From: a virus
Taxonomy: Duplodnaviria > Heunggongvirae > Uroviricota > Caudoviricetes
Direction: 5' to 3' (one strand)
DNA: 6,892 bases
Virus record (IMG/VR): IMGVR_UViG_2695420617_000001
Span: 1-6,892 of that record
Part shown: piece by piece, positions 6,313-6,892 of the stretch
Position numbering within the stretch: position 1 is the first letter of the stretch
How the letters are laid out: every line of letters begins with the position of its first letter
The notes under the pieces: model-generated
Databases searched by the model: none
Told to the model about the DNA's origin: nothing
The model's input: only the letters and a program-made list of their open reading frames with translations
Translations under genes and position numbers: made by a program

Positions 6313-6785
6313 GCCCTTACGATGTAATTAAATGCGATATTTCGTGGACGGGTTTCACTCCCGCCAGTATTACCAATACTCCCTCGAGAATGAAGTGTCG
6401 GTGATGGAATCAAATTCCCTCCTGTATTTGAGGCATCAAGCCCCCGTCCTTGTGTGTATGTTTTTTTGAAAATTGTCGCCAGCTCCCATTCATCTTTTGT
6501 GTCGTAACCATCATTGGCTACAACAATATGTCGGTGCTTTTCCAGCATTCCTGTCTGAATGCTCAATAAAGCACGTCCTGTATCAATGCCGCGTCCATCA
6601 TCCCAGCCACGAATAAACTCACCGCGTAAATCAGGTAATTTTAACGTTGGGTAAGCCTTTGCCAGATTTGGGTACTTTTCAGAAGAAAATGCTGCACCAT
6701 TGCATTTCAGCCAGCCTGTTGGCGGAGTGGCTGAAGGCCACGGAACAGGGACACCAACAGGTAATGCAGAGCCTTCTCCCAAACC
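6306..6785 (-). CDS. Tail fibre C-terminal cassette D (start-codon-less, inverted orientation)
   Basis: Minus-strand frame from site 4 to stop (complement of 6306-6308). Same conserved N-module (..AKAYPTLKLPDLRGEFIRGWDDGRG), unique core, then ETRPRNIAFNYIVRAA. Confidence 0.8.
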   Translation of the reverse strand, partial: GLGEGSALPVGVPVPWPSATPPTGWLKCNGAAFSSEKYPNLAKAYPTLKLPDLRGEFIRGWDDGRGIDTGRALLSIQTGMLEKHRHIVVANDGYDTKDEWELATIFKKTYTQGRGLDASNTGGNLIPSPTLHSRGSIGNTGGSETRPRNIAFNYIVRAA

Positions 6786-6799
6786 AACGTTTTTATGCC
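6774..6799 (-). other. Invertase crossover site 4 (inverted relative to sites 1 and 2)
   Basis: Plus strand TTCTCCCAAACC-AA-CGTTTTTATGCC. It contains the stop codon of the partial cassette E. Confidence 0.75.
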
Positions 6800-6803
6800 G
6801 CCC

Positions 6804-6892
6804 TTACGATATAATTAAACGCAATGTTACGAGGACGAATGGTTACATAATTAACCCCATCACCTCGTGAAGGCCCTGCAAATGAAAAACGG
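6804..6892 (-). CDS. Tail fibre C-terminal cassette E, 3' end only (continues beyond the window end)
   Basis: Minus-strand translation of 6892..6804 gives ..RFSFAGPSRGDGVNYVTIRPRNIAFNYIVRAA then stop (complement of 6804-6806). It has the shared C-terminal motif but a different preceding sequence, so it is a fifth distinct cassette. Confidence 0.65.

Noticed and set aside
4321-6404. ORFs 4321..4578 (+), 5983..6213 (-) and 6180..6404 (+), the first two both starting MVQHFLLK
   Set aside because: Alternative-frame ORFs inside the tail-fibre cassettes. They look conserved only because the cassette nucleotide sequence is repeated.
4222-6892. Possible CRISPR array, because of the regularly recurring conserved sequence
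   Set aside because: Repeat units are about 480 bp protein-coding cassettes present in both orientations, with conserved ends of more than 100 bp. There are no short direct repeats with uniform spacers.

Overview
The window reads as a P1/p15B-like phage or phage-plasmid segment with three parts. (1) Positions 1-3159, minus strand: a tightly packed operon of a small membrane protein, a holin-like and a putative antiholin-like protein (translationally coupled), then two paralogous proteins I interpret as Hdf-like and DarA-like (P1 dar antirestriction operon); the last runs off the window start. (2) Positions 3160-4167: a regulatory intergenic region, a decayed 5' remnant of a Cin/Gin-type invertase gene on the plus strand (two in-frame stops, homology ending at a perfect palindrome), and an intact serine DNA invertase (Pin/Min/Cin/Gin/Hin family) on the minus strand. 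(3) Positions 4222-6892: a multiple-inversion region with four 26-bp crossover sites (two in each orientation) separating at least five tail-fibre C-terminal cassettes that lack ATG start codons, plus one lambda-Tfa-like tail fibre assembly gene. The constant 5' part of the tail fibre gene is not in the window and is presumably beyond 6892 on the minus strand. This is a member of the known Min/Pin-type multiple-inversion family rather than a new class of system; the notable specifics are the cassette number and mosaicism, the single shared tfa, and the invertase pseudogene with a palindromic breakpoint. All calls come from reading and hand-translating the sequence; no database search was possible.
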